NCBI GenBank assembly: GCA_040954595.2
Contig: CM082594.2
Location: forward strand, 6,085,962 to 6,149,961
Direction of reading: 5' to 3'
From: Balanoglossus misakiensis
Lineage: Eukaryota; Animalia; Hemichordata
DNA length: 64,000 bases
This document shows, piece by piece, positions 14,489 to 29,500 of the stretch. Position 1 is the stretch's first letter. Every line of letters begins with the position of its first letter. The translations under genes and the position numbers were made by a program. The notes under the pieces are model-generated. The model saw only the letters and a list, made by a program, of their open reading frames with translations. It had not been told where the DNA came from and did no database searches.

Positions 14489-14546
<58 letters not shown>
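14475..14546. repeat. Microsatellite (GGT)5(GAT)19
   Basis: Seen directly in the sequence. Confidence 0.97.
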
Positions 14547-14547
<1 letters not shown>

Positions 14548-17500
14548 TAATTATTGTCAAGGCAACTCACTGCGTTAGGTCACGGACTGGGGTTAGGTTG
14601 ATTCAATTCAAAGTTAACATGTTTCCATCAACACTTAAATAACGGTGCGCAATCATTAGAATAACTGGAATTTCCTTCTATTGTCCATGGAACAATACAA
14701 TACACACACACCAGGGATAGCATTACCCTGCGTGAACTGAAAGAACAATAAGCTCCCACGTCCTCTACTGTTCACGCAGTTGTCGGACTCCTTGTGACGT
14801 CAATTTTTTAGACCGAGTGATAAAAAGGATTGTATAAGTATCAGAAAACACCTGCACGATCAGTCTTCATAATGATCAAACGAGGGACTTGTCGATGAAT
14901 AAAGACGTCAAAAGCAGACTGGTTTCCAGAGTCTGCAAGTATCAACAGGGCTGCACAAATGCTTTGGATGACGGCCACGATTCCTTTAATGTTTGCTTTC
15001 AACAAGAGAGTTTTTGAGTGCCTGCAAACCGGTGGCCGACACAAAGTGTACTGGCACGCTCAGACAAGCTACGAGGTCAAAAGTCTGGGCCGTCTTTGCA
15101 GGGAACTCGGTAGGCATCTTGTACCGCGCACCACGTCAAACCGAGAATCGTGCTCTGAATCCCAACTCCCACGTGAAGTTGGTGGGTATCATTGCGTGTG
15201 ATCAAATTCTGAAATGGTGTACATGTACTGTTGCTTTTACTGTTGGCAGTGCGTCAGGATGATGACACGGAGGAGTCTTTAAACTCTTTCGCAATCTATC
15301 AGAATGACTTGCCGGGCATGATTTCATATTCTCCCCACTTAAGTGCAGAAATGATGCACTCTCACGATTTCCAATGAAGACGATACACATTCTCAAATAA
15401 ACCTGGTAAAAGATGTCTCTCTGTCTGTCAAGCATACATGTACTGATGCGTTGAACCGTTCTAAAAGAACCGCAATCCTTATTTCATCAGCAAAAAATCA
15501 TTAACCTTTCAGACTATCCATTCGTAGTCACACAGCGAACGCTGACATTGACAGCGATACCAAAGGTCAGCAGCACTTTTTAAATACAATTAAAAAAAAA
15601 CCAGAACATTCTTATGCCAAGGAATTATTTTCCTGATACCGTCAATAATGACCTACCAGAGTGGTTCGATATTATTGAATATTTTCAAAGAGTCTCCGTA
15701 CACTAAATAATTATTTGCCCATGATTCTGACCATGAGATACACAAGCTTTGATTAAAGCACAGTTTACAATGATCATATATACATGACTGTATTTGAAAG
15801 CCTTTTGCTTATTTTAACTTAAATGGCAGAAGTGTCTCTCCATGCAAAGAATGGTCTTGAGAACGATAACGATACTGTGTCTCTTCAAGTGCACTCAGTA
15901 AAGTTACATATCACATCAAAAAGTAATTCAGTTCAGTTTACTCTTTTCTAGCAAAACTGGCTGTTCATTTAGTGTGTACCTACTTACGGACATTGTTATT
16001 TCAATTTTTCATTCATTCACATTCATAAGCTTATTGTTGGGCAACCTTTTCATATATCATTGCGGGCATTATTAAATCTATTTAATAATCTAAGCGGCTT
16101 AGTTACTCGCGACAAATAATCACACCATGATGGCCGGTTAATCTCGAGGCTTTTTTTTCGACATCCCCATCATTCACAAAAAAGTCACGAGTAATGTTCC
16201 CGTTATTTGGCGGCGTTAATGTGACGTCATGCGGCAGAGACGTGTCCCCGAGTGTCCGTGTTATTGAATCTGTTACCCTATTAGGCGTATATCACACGGG
16301 TAAATACATGGTTACTGGGATTCCGTGTTTGATTACCTTGTTACATCCTGAAAGGCATTGAAAATAGCCCGGGGGATTCTGCTGTCCACAGATATATCAA
16401 TCAAGTGGCCAGTGCGCTTGTCACATATTGAGAAGAACCCAAACGACCTCTTAAGTAAATACATCATTTCGTTTAAGCAATACCGCTCACTTCAGCAACA
16501 GACTTTCAACAGCATTAAAAAATAAATGTTTTCCCGGATAGATGTAAAAGATCCAATTCAATATGGACTGCACTATACTTCTTAATAATATTTTCTTTTA
16601 AAACCTGAACCTTCCATGATCGACAACTGGTGAACGTTTATGGAAAAGGCGGGAACTCAAAACGTCGTGCGTCTGTACACAATTATCGTTCTTCTGGCGG
16701 TTATCAAAGATGGCAGCCACCCGAATTACGTCAGCCATTGCAACCTATAAATATATAATAACCACGATTTCGAAATTGCGCCAAAACCTACTCGTCGTTT
16801 CGAGTCTCTGTATTAAGGTGCCATCTTCGTTAGATAGTAAAAGAATTCATGAAAATTCAATAAATTGAAATACTGTTATGTCAGAAGATAACATTGCACA
16901 CTTCCCGTGGTTATTATTACATCCAACTAATACGATTCTATATAATAAATACCAGAGTTGATTTTTTGCTTTTCATTTCATCTCCTCGGGCGTCCTCTAA
17001 TAAAGTAATATTAGTAACCTTGCAAAAGTTTCATTAATTAGAAAGGGCCATGAGGAAACTTGATTAATTACTAATACGACATTTCAGATTCTGTTTCTGG
17101 CATTTACAAGGTTTCATGTCCGTTTTAGAATTATTAGACAAAATCACCATGATTTAAAAGAATAGGCAATAACAAAAATCACTTAACTATGTTTGTCTTT
17201 AAGTACGATATGATATATTCGGATACAGTAACAAAATCCAAGTGATACCTTACAGATGATGTAGTGTTCGGGGAAATGCACTAAAGAGATAAAAGTATGA
17301 AAAAAGTTTGCGTATATTTGCCCATTACAGAGCGCTGATCATACAAGTATTACGCTTACAAAATAAATAGCTTTCCGAAGAAAGATTTAAAGATGGTTTA
17401 CGATCTCACTTTCAAACATGCAGCTGCAAAAGGCTTGAAATATAGATCTTGTACATACATGTAAAAATGTTTTATGGTTTCCGTAAAGCGTGCACGTATT

Positions 17501-20500
17501 TGATCACTGATTTCCGTGGCAAACATCCACCCGCGCGAGACTCCAGAAGAGGTAAACGGGTCACCAGCCATTGCTAATCCGGAGCCTCTATACATGGAAA
17601 ACATGTCAAATGCACCATTGAATCCATTTGTAAATTATGATCATTTCGATATTTAATCATTCTCAAGACGAAAATTTTGAATTATTGATGAAGTTAAGCA
17701 AATGCTTTTAAAGTCCGTGCCTATAGTGCCGTTACAGAGAATGGATTCGCGTAATGGCGACGGTAGGCGAAAACACTTTGATATTTAAATATTTAATTAA
17801 CAGTAATTTAATACATTTTACATCATTTAAATCAACATGCTGTAAATTCCTGAGGGATTCCAAGGTACGGTGAGGTAGCTTTCGGGCGACACTTGTTAAA
17901 TCCGAATGGAGTATGACATAAGATCACCTTACCTATGAAGATTTTCAATATATTAACTGACTAGATGCACGCGAAACTTTGTAGCAAGCTAAAATTCTCA
18001 CAGTTGCAATTCCACGAAATCAAAACCGAGGAGGGAATAGACTTTAACCATCAATTGAATAACCATTGGAAATTTGGCTTATTTTGTCAAGAGGCTCGGC
18101 CAGGCAGACAGCCGACACAAGATTTGCGCACGGGGTTAACGCAGCATTAAATCCAGACAGTTCAAATCAGCAACTACTCAAAGGTCTAAATTTATTACCG
18201 TTCAGGAGTTCACAAATGCCAATTGCGTTTCCTATTTGGTGACTTCTTGGTTTCCAATTTCATGGTCACGTGAATCACAGATCTGTATCTGACCTTGGAT
18301 CGAACGGACAGCTGAATGGTTGATTGGCATGAGCGCGTTCATCACGGTTGTTAGGATACATCAAAAAGTTTATTTAAAGCAAAAGGGTACCTGTCAAATT
18401 AGAACATATACCTCCCCCAGTGAGATTCCGTGGTCGAGAATCAGTGAAACGAGTTCCTTTCGGCTAAATGTGAGATCACGTATTTTACTTATTAAGCTAC
18501 TTGACGACTGAAGCTCGCCCGTGGTTTGCTTGGTAATACTACCTAATGGCACTTTACTGGCTAAGATTCATCCGTAGCGTACATAACATTACACGTTGTA
18601 TTACTCGGTTAAGTGTTCTCATGAGGGGCTCACAAACATCAGTTTGTGTAAGCTATGGAAGAAAGGGCAACGGAATTTCAATTTTCCGAAAGGTGGCTTC
18701 TTGTATACCATGTTCATTGTGTTTACTTGATTCACTCTGGTTTTTATTATCAATCACAAGGCCGTGATATACATGTCTGCCTGCGTGTCGCGCAGTGTGC
18801 TTTAGAAAATAAAACATGTGGACTTAGTGCTTAATGTAGAAAACATTGCTTTTCACACGACGAGCAATAATAGTAGGGTTTACAGCAACAAAACGCCGGA
18901 CTGTCATAATGTTTTCACCTTTGCTAAACAGAGTGTGAAATCAACGTCAAATACGATTGTTTGGGTGACCCACAAAATTGTGTTTACATTAATGATTATC
19001 AATTGTGATACAAGACCACTTCCCCTTATTTCGAACAAAAGCCTTGTCTTGATAACGGCAATTTTGGCGATCACAACTGTCATCGGCCGCTGGATATAGA
19101 AATGAATGAAGTATTCACTTACGTCCCCGAAATAACCCGGGATAAACACTTACTCAGAGCTTTAAACGTTAATGAAGAAGAATGCCGTGGATTTTTACTA
19201 TCCCATTAAGGTATCAAAGTCGGAACCGATCCGTTAAACTCACAATGAACATTAATACGACCCACTGCCTGACGAAATGATTTACACTGATTTGTCATTT
19301 AACAACCGGTATGCAAGTATAAGTATTCTATATTGTTGGGAGGAAGGGAGGGGTATAAAAATTAACGGATCAGTTTTCATAGCTTTCGTCAGTTTACTAA
19401 AGTCAAAATATGCCAAGTTAGCGGGGTACTTGACAAATCTAATAAAACGGACTAACACGGTCACTTAATAATCCCTTCAATTCTTTAAGGAAATCAGATA
19501 AAATGCAGACTTAGCGTTGGGCTGACCTTTCACCTTCTTTTGCAATCGCAAGTGCATTCTGGGAAGTACCGCATTTAAGCTAATCATCTTGGAGTCGCGG
19601 AGGGAAAGCTAGTTTTATGCCAAGTCAACACTTCTTGCATTTAATGTATTCCATTTTCTCGCGTTTAATAAATTGTCGAATTTGATGTGTCTTCATATAA
19701 AAAAGGGCTGGAGGGCAATTCCCGCAAATGGACTCACATTAAGAGGAACTGCGTTATGCGCGCAGAAATTTCAGATGGACATTATCGAAATATATGGGTG
19801 CATAAAATTCGCTGCAAGCGGACGGGCACCTGACCCCCACCCTTGTTTGAGACACGCTCGGATAATGTTCACTGCTCATGTTTAGTGGATATCAAACAGT
19901 TAATCAAACAAGAAGTGTGCATTCTTCATAAGGCATCGAACAGGCATCGTCATATCATACAGAAACCCTCCTTCGCCCATCATCACTGTTTCCGCTTTCA
20001 TTTCATTGAACAAACCATGCTTGAAAACATGGGTTTGCTTTCCGTAACCATGCATTTGCATTTCTAAAGAAGGAAATTAAAATCTGCTAACGTAAACATA
20101 CAGAGGATGTGAGCTTGAAATACTTAGCACATGACTCGCGTAACTGGATAACACTGTAAAATCCAAGTGCCGGTTTGTTTACTTTTTCCTATAGCAATTA
20201 TTTTTTTATTCTGATCATTTCAATTCAAATTTCACATCGATGCATCATGCAGTGGTACGGCGAGGTCACACATCGTATGTATAGCCAGAAAGTGATACAT
20301 ATCCGAATACTTTGATGGTTAAACGCAGTAATCTGGTGTCCTTAACCATTGACGACATTGTTGATAACTATTGATGACAATTCGATAATCAAATTAATTC
20401 TTAGCTGGTATGGCCACACACTTCAAAGTCAGATTAAAGAATCGAACAGGAAAATCCCATACACGGATTCTCCACCATGACATGGATCTGATTGAGTTGG

Positions 20501-23500
20501 GAAAGTGAGCGGGTCCGGGACAGACATAGTTAGCATTTAAGCTTAAGGAGAAAGTGAATGTGAAAATTAACTTTTAAGGGGAGCACATGGCATTTCATCA
20601 AAACGGAAATAGTCCCCCAGAAGCGCTGTATCATACATTCTTCACTCTATATCTTTATTTGTCAGAAAATTCAATTCTTCACTTTTGGATTTCGTCAATA
20701 GATAACGTCTTGAAATCTAATTTTGTCCGCGTCGAAGTGACTACATACCCCGGCCCCGGGGAGGAGAACACCCGGTGGTTAGTCATTGGCGTGTGCGCGG
20801 TTTGTAAATCACCACGGCGACAACGCCATCCCAAAAAGTGACAATTTGTGCCGAGGGGCATAGATTTATATCTCTCTGTGGCTTCACGGTAGCCTGGAGC
20901 AGACATGACGCTGGCGACACGAGGGATACCTAACACGATATTTAAGACTAATGTGTTATATTTCTCTGGGAAATGTAATATTAGCACAGCTGTCGACATG
21001 CATGTGTGATGCAAGTCGCCACCCGTTATTTTTCCAACTATATGGGAGCAGTGACTCAATTTCTTAACGGAAATATTTTCTGAAATTCTTCTCTGGCAAA
21101 GATTTACGATCTTTGGAAACAGACTAAAAATCGCTAATCAGTAACTGGTTTAACATGATGGCACCTCGCATTCTTGGTACATACTCAGGGCGTCTACTAA
21201 GAATACACATCTGCAATTTTGTACAGATATTACCACATAAATTCAACATTACACCTCGTTTATAAACAGGGTGGTGATATCTTTCAGTGGTTTGTAGTTA
21301 CCGAGAGCGCTTTACACGATACGTCAGACAAACACAGCTGGTCAAATGATGTGTGACGGAGCTCCTTCACTGAAGCCCATCGAAAATAGCAGTTCGATAA
21401 ACTACATATGCCTCATTTGCAGGCAAGGAGATTAATCTGAAAAACGACTGCGGTTTACATCTACGACGGTGTACACTTCTGGCGAAGGCATTCAGGCTAA
21501 AGACTCTTGATGTAACTGCTCATCGCGGTTAATCTAACTCTCCCGGACAATAGATGATTTTCTGCTCGTTGCGAGATCTCGCGAGACTATGTTAATTACG
21601 GCTTGCTAGCCAAGTATTACAAGTCAAGATTTGTAAGAAACCAGAATAGGTGTGGCGTTTAACAAAAAATGTGACTATTGTGCCATTTAACGTAATGGGG
21701 CGTGTGTTGTTTGTCTTGTGTCACACGAGAATGTCCTGTCATATAAACTGCCTAACCACGCTTAGATCTCGCAGGGTCTCGTGAGGGTTCGGAAAACGGT
21801 CTATTTGGAAACATCGCCATTCCTCAGCTGGCAACATCAGAATGCGAAGATTCATTGCTAGGTTTCTCATATTCAGTGACAATGCCAATACAATACGGTG
21901 ACATTAAGCTAAAGAGCTGACGGGAATTATTAACAAAGGTTAGATAACGACGACCTTGTATGTGAATTTACGAGCAAATTACGATCCCAACCGCTGTTTA
22001 TCATGAGTGTATATTTTATTCAAGAAACATACGGCGATTCTGAATACAGGACTCTAATCATAGGGCATCAAAGGTGACCATGGCAACGTGGCACCAGAGA
22101 AGCCCAAGGCTATTCCAAGCCGGTTTTCTACAAAGAACGGTATATGGAAACAAAATGATGAAAAAAATGGTGACTAAACGTTTACGGATGTATATATTAC
22201 AAGAGTGATCTTCCGTGAGTCTAGCACAACAATCAATATTAAGTAAAGAACACATCGCTAATGTTATCAAAAGAGGGGAAAAATAATTACACCTTTACTG
22301 CTACTAAGGCAAAAATAAAGATACAGACATGTACCAACTGCGCCCCAGTAATGTCCACATTAGCACAATTGCCTCCAACGAAGGCCAAAGGTCAAGTCAA
22401 CACGATGGGGGGGATTAAAGTCTTATGAATATCGGTGGCAATATATCAAGTGTTGCTATCTTTATGAGATAGCGAATATCTAAAATCAGCCTGGATCTAT
22501 CGGTATCGATGACACTTAATACCAGCCTAATCCACACGAATTTAGTTTCACACAATCAGTGATATTATTGTTAAAGCACTACTCGATCTTGAGGAGAATG
22601 TGTGGCGTCGCAGTTAAGATGCCATATTTTTGCTGTCTGGTATGCAAGCTGACCGTTTGATATTTATTCAGTATTGTACCATATTTAAGTATGTCTTAAC
22701 TATCCTTTTACTTAAATTATTATATTTTTGTATGATTTTTTTCTTTTAACATCGATATTACATACACATATGTATTAAGTATTATGAATGTAATATATTG
22801 TATCAGACGCATTTCACACCGTAGTTATCGGTGTCCGATAGCGCTGGCATTTATTTGGCCACCAAAAAAACATCGGGCGTCAAAGTTCATGTCAGGAAAT
22901 TCCCATGACGACTATCAGTCTGGTCAGAAGTCGTCAAAATCATCACACAGAACGAGAGATAAGATAATGCGACGCGGCGCACACTTCGCGGATTCGGGCG
23001 TCCCATCCCCTGTAACGCTGCGCGAGTCGGATTAGAACGAGTTTCCACCGTATTACACACTGATTAAAACCCATCCGAGCATAAAATAGTCCGAGATAGA
23101 GGCGACGCGTGACTGAAAACTAGGAAACCGAATTTCGGCGACAATGTGAGCCCCCCATCACTGATGTGCGCGTAGAGAGGAAGCCGTTTGGTTGATTAAA
23201 CTTCACGAGGCAAGGACTGTCAGTTTTCATTAGCAGTGCCTCGGAGACACTGCTCGACCAGATAATTGAAATAAGTGAAGTCCGCCTAGCCAATTTCTTT
23301 CCTCGCACCCGCGTTCAGAACTTTACAGTTTGCAAATAGTAAAAAAGAAGAAATACACCCAAATGTACGTTTTATATTGATAATAGTCTGCGTTTATGGA
23401 GTATAACCATATGGTGATTCAAGCTATAGTTCTGTTCGGTGCCGGCTACTGTAAATATGAGAACTACACTAAGGACCTTGGCGCATCAAAATATCATCGA

Positions 23501-26500
23501 GATGTCCTCAACAAATCTACGTAAATGAATAATTCGCCCAGATTTAGACTCGAGTGCGATTGAACTTGTGACCTTCCCTCAGTTGGACAATCAGAACAAG
23601 CTTTGCTTTGTTTACTCATTCGATAAGAAAAACCTGCGAGACTTTTCCTGAAGGACTTACTGCAGGTATCGTTTCCCAACATCACTTCAAGGACTACTCG
23701 AAAAACAGGGCAGGTCTTAATTTGTGAGCAAACATTTTTTCTGAATTTACAAGACGGGCAAGCTGGCGTTTGAATAATTGATTTGAGCACGGAGGACCCT
23801 CTTGGGGCAAATCAGCGACCGGTCGTGTCAATATTGACATGCCGAGTGCGCTCCCGCTGGTTGCCACGAAGCGACGGCCAACGCGCAAAACGGCCGTTGT
23901 TATGGGTCCCGACGTCGCGTCGTGCGTACCGCACACTCACCTTTCGCGGACAGTTCACCATTACAGCAAACTGTTGCCCGGTTTATAAATGATAAGGCAT
24001 GTCGTAGGCGTTGCTTTGCCCGTGGAATTTCTACAGTTTTCAGCAAATTTTGCTTCAGAAATGTTGACAGCTGAACCTTAAAATCGGTGGTGCGATTATT
24101 CACGGAAAATATCAAACAAATTTAACCCAGTTCAATAACCTTTCCTTAGACAATGTATCGACTATTATATTTCTACTATAAGTCAGTTATTTGTGGGAGA
24201 CGGAAAATGCACCTTGAATAATGTTCGGGTATTTATAAGTACATGTATATTCTTGGGAATTCATGCAACATAAAAATTCAGTTTTCAAATGGCGAGGCTG
24301 TGAGATCACGTTCTTTGCGCAGTCTGTTGCCAAGAAATCGAGATAGCCCACAGTTAAATGCATATGGGAGTTCACAGACACCACAACTGGGTTGCACTGT
24401 TAATGTCGTTTGACACAGTTTTCAACAAAGGTGGCCGACCACCGCCTTGCTATAGGCAGCCTGAAAGAGAGACACATAGCACCTTGCCCCATCGGACAGG
24501 ATCAGCGATGTCGCCATGGCGACGGATGAATGGATGAAGATTGGCGAAGCAGGTCTTTTGTCAAAAATCTCGGCTTTGCGGCTGGCTGATTAATTTCTCA
24601 TGCTGCATTGTAACTTTAGTCGCCGTGTATGGTGTTTTTGTTTTCCACGTGCGACTGGGAATCGAGATAATGTGTATCATCATGGATAGATGGAACATAA
24701 AAGGATCCATATTTATCTCTCTCACTGAGCGCTGTCTATAGAATTAGCACAGTTTGTCATTTCTCAATCTTTCGAGTGATCCCTACCACCTCAAACTCAA
24801 AGCTAATTACCCCATTTCAGAGATGCAATCATTTAAGTTCGAGAAAATTGAAGAAGTTTGGGGAAATGTTAACATTCGTTGTACCCACGGTACATGGGCG
24901 TACGTTCACGTGATTTTGGCAATCAGTGCGAGGCGTTATTAGCCCCAGAATAATCCTATATAGTATTGCTTTTGAAGGAAATTTGAGGAAAAATGTGTAT
25001 TATCTGCTGTGACGTCACATGTGTCAGAAAAATGAAAAGAAAATGACAAATTGCCATTAAATATTGATAAAATGGCTGCCTTTCTTCCCGGTGCCGCGTA
25101 GTTGCGTCACTTGGTCGATCGCTCATCTGACAGATTTGTTTGAAGAGGTCAAGGGAGGACTCGATTTCTTAGGAAGGGCTGAGGACCGCGCAGAGGTAAT
25201 GAGGTGCCACCACAACGGCGCCGAGTCGATCGTGTCCAGTGGCCTCCCAGAGAAATTCTCGTCCGCTGCAGAGGTTCACCAGCTGGGGGCACGTTCTAAA
25301 AGTTAAGTCACCTGGAGTACCTGTCAGCCAGAGGTGGCCCCGGTTTGTGGGCGACACCACTGCATGTCTGATTAGCCGTTTCTTAAACCACACCGCCTGA
25401 CATGTAACCCGGTGACATTTGTTATCGTCTGCTCAAGTTTCGTGTCGTGTCGCCACGTAAAATGCTGCTCTCGGGCCTTTGCGTAATTGCATCGCATTGG
25501 ATATTTAAAATCTTCTTTATTTCATTTGTGCGCAACTTCAGAGTTTCCTGTGTTATACCAGCCTAATCATTCTTGATTGCCGCAAATGTGCTTCCCTGAA
25601 TTCTGATATCACGTGTTATATAAATCAACCAAGTCAAGTCAAAATAATGATGGTTGCGTTAGAATGTTTTGTGCAGCGTTTTCTCCGACTAAATGGATTA
25701 TATAAAGGGCTAATTACTGTCTCGACGTAGCCCAGACAAAATAAATGCAAAAAGCGCACAGTAGTTGAAGGATACGTCATTGACCAGCAACAATTACTAG
25801 CTAGTAACATCACGATTGAGCCTCAGCTCGCTTTCTTCTCTTGAGAAATTCATTCATTTCTTTAGTTCATTTTGACCAAAACAATCCGACAGCTACGTGT
25901 TTGTGTCGATTGATGCGCTCAACTTATAATTTCCATTAGGAGCGGCTTCTCACAATCGCCGCCAAAGGAAAACATCCACAAAGATTATTTCATGCTTTGC
26001 TTTAATGATCAGACGACATAACAAATCATATTTAGAGTCTGACGAACGGCCAGCTCTACACGCATGTGGAAATCTGGAGTGATGACAGACGACAATAACC
26101 GCTTCGAGGGCACGTACGCACGCACGAGCGTTTTTAAGTATCTCAATACTTCATCGTTAGTGCCGCTCAATGGAAGACCGATTCCTTTGTTAATGTGGTC
26201 TTAGAAGATGATTTAATTGCCCCGTAGGTGGAATTTAATTGAGAAACTAGTCAGCGCTCTAAAATGAACGAACCAAGGAAAGGTGGCCCAGAGAAATAGC
26301 GAGGAGATGCCTGACTTTTTATAACTGAGTCGCGGGCTCTCAGTATACGTGTGTTTGACCGTGACGCGGCAAGTCATTGTCCCTACACATATCATGCGGA
26401 GAGAAAGTGCACAAACTGAACATCCGTGTGTGTGTTTCCTTCGAGTTTGACGGTGAGACGTCACTTCGTGGTTCAATTAGGCAAGTGTCACTGAGGATGT

Positions 26501-29500
26501 TTCCTTCCGCCACAATGGGTGCTGTCATTTTGTGTACGAACATTGCCATGTCCGCGCCAAATTGCAAAACGACTTTAACTAGCATCCAATCCAATACTGG
26601 ACAAAGCCACAAAACACGGACGTTCTTTGCGACCTACATACATCTATATACTCCTGATCTACACAATATTTTTTTTTGCGATTCCTAATAACAAGGTTAT
26701 TCGTATTTATCTGTAGTTAGCTTGAATTATGTCCAGGTGCTTTTTATCCCAAACACTGCTAAACTCGATAACGTAAGGGTATCAATAAAGTCTGGGAATT
26801 TGAAAGCAGAGCTTTTGTGCATGCATCACATTCACAAAGGCCTCTCCTGAGCAATATTCTAGAAACCTCTAATGATCTGCACACCAGACATTGCGGATTT
26901 TACACCTTGCTTTAGTGGCTCTTAGCGTTCCAGGTGTTCCTGGACACCTTTCTGCTCGCCTCCGAACGCGCTCATGCATGGCAAATGGCTACTTTATATC
27001 CCGGTCCCCACTTTGTGTGCCGAAAATCTGGGGCATTAAAAGCCTTTCCTCGATAATTAATACTACAAGAAAGCGTCATATACGTTCGCTGATATAAACC
27101 TGAGATGTCACGTATTAGTATTAGTGTGTCTGCCTGCATCAAAATCAGGCAGTGCAACATTCTGAACGCGGACCTCTGCTTTTCCGTTTCTCTATCAGTC
27201 TGCCTGAGCGGTCATCTGCCGGTGTCTGCGAGCATGCGCAGAGATTTTATGCTGTCTCCCCAATGCATTTATCGCCTGTGATTTCATCTCTAATGCATAG
27301 ACAGTGTCTCCCTCCCTCACACACTCCCCAGTCACTCAGATAAACAACACGCTGGCAAAAATCACACCTGAAAATGCCAAGTCTGACTTGAGATTACGTG
27401 AAAACGTCAAACCACTGTGAACGACCGAACTAAACTACTCTCTCCGTTGATTTTGATCTTTGAGATTCACACTGCGCGAGATTCATCGGTGTATTGAACC
27501 CGAATATTTCACACAAATAGAACACGAGGCCCTGTGATTTATTACCTCCGCAGTGGGGATGAGAAAAGATCTTTTTGACTATAATAAAAGAAATAACTTC
27601 ATTACATTGTGACAATCATCTTTACCCGAACACTCGTAAATCTGATTCGGAACGGAATTACATCTACGGGACACGTGAATGATTAAACTTTTGTTGATTC
27701 AGACACTTTCCGATCTAATATTTTATCTGAAACCTTCAAACGCTTTCTGATATATATATTTTATTTGAACCCGGCTATTATATCAATCACGCCGGAACAA
27801 TCCCTGTGAAATCTAGAACTAATGAATCACAAGACAATCTGATTCAGTCTTGGCGGGCAATTCTTCGGCAAACATGCAATATTCCAGGGTCAACAATACT
27901 GGGAATATTATTACGTTAACATCAGTCACCGTGGTAACATCGCGAGTCTGTTAGATAGATCCACGGTGCAGTTTTACAAGGGCGATTCTCAGAGGAATGT
28001 CGTAACTTCGATTGCTCGTTTGAACAAAATAAATGTGAATGTTTTGAATTACAGAGTGGGTGTACGCCGTTGCGTCGCTGCTCAATTGACCTGTCTGCAG
28101 TCGTGGGTGATTGTGTCGTGTAACCAAGGCAACTGACACGTTTCTAGCCCAACTCGCTCGCTCATCGCACGGGGGACAGACGAGACAATTGACACCAGGT
28201 GTGGCTAGCTATCCCGGATGTCATTTAAACGGCCGGCAAAAGACCCGGGAGAATTGTGCACGTCTACATACCGTATTAAGATCGATGCTGCGATTCGTAC
28301 CTCGGAGTCGTAGACCGTAATCATGCGTTCTCTCTGTTTCGATGGAGACAAGTGACCGCGTCACGTAACTGACATTCAGTCGCAGTGGCAATCTCGCCTT
28401 GTGCATGACCTTTGCTGGTGTAATAAAGGTCACGTTGTGACCAGGGGACTGCACTGCCAATCACCCATTTACAAAAAAATGTGCAATGTTCAGTTTACCG
28501 CTATTCTAGGTACATGTATACCATATTACAAACACGCCTACGGTGTTGCACGTTTGTCCCAGCCCCCTGCGGCCTGTCCAAACGACCGGGAGTGTTATTC
28601 ATATGTCAGGTACGTTCCAGATAGATCTTACAAGAAAAAAAAACTAATCTCTCGTTGACCACATATATTGATTTTTCATGTATTAAATATGCCATGGGCC
28701 AAAGGGTATGATCCAGTACAAATATTGCATTTTTGGATCCAACACTTGAACTGTGCTCCCAATAAAAATCTTTAATCTCTTTGGATATTTACAAATAGGA
28801 TCGAAACATTTTATCACATCATATTGAACATCGAGCGACTTGAAGCATGCGACATATTTTCTAAATGGGTGAATGGCATCGTGCAAGGCAGAATGCGTCG
28901 ATTAATATTCCACATACATCCGGTTGAGATAACATCCAGAAGTAGATACACACAAAATTGAACTTAATCACGGTTGTTATGGTCTGTTGGCTCGTACGTA
29001 CGATGTATACAGCGTACACGGTCAACGTATATGCAGCGCACGCACTGACAGATACGTGCCGGCCATGTAACGGCAAATTGAATCACGGCGTGGGCCGCTT
29101 ACTTCATAGTCAATTTGCTTGGAGTGGCCCTTGCCACGCTTGTAATTAAGTATCACAACCTTGACTCCCGTGACTCGTGTTTCCCTGCCAGCCAGCCGAG
29201 CTCCAGGCAACGCTGAAATTATTCCACTCTGTCCTCACGGATCACCTGGTCTCTTGACGGGATTACGACACACAGAAGTCAGTCTCGAGTTGTGTGACTT
29301 CTTGTTTTATAACCCTGAACACACAGCCGTCGTTTTTACCCTATTTATTAATGGGGCGGGGGTGGTTGAAATAAATGATATTTGGGCCTCGTTATTAATA
29401 TCACCGATTGGTGAAATATACATTGGCGATATTGATGTGCGCAATTAAAATCTATTGCGGGTTCTAGTGAATAGAATCTTTTTGCAACACATGCCAGCGA

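Noticed and set aside
14358-14642. ORF with poly-Gly/poly-Asp, and the ORF at 6517-6933 with poly-Val/poly-Asp
   Set aside because: Translations of trinucleotide microsatellites.
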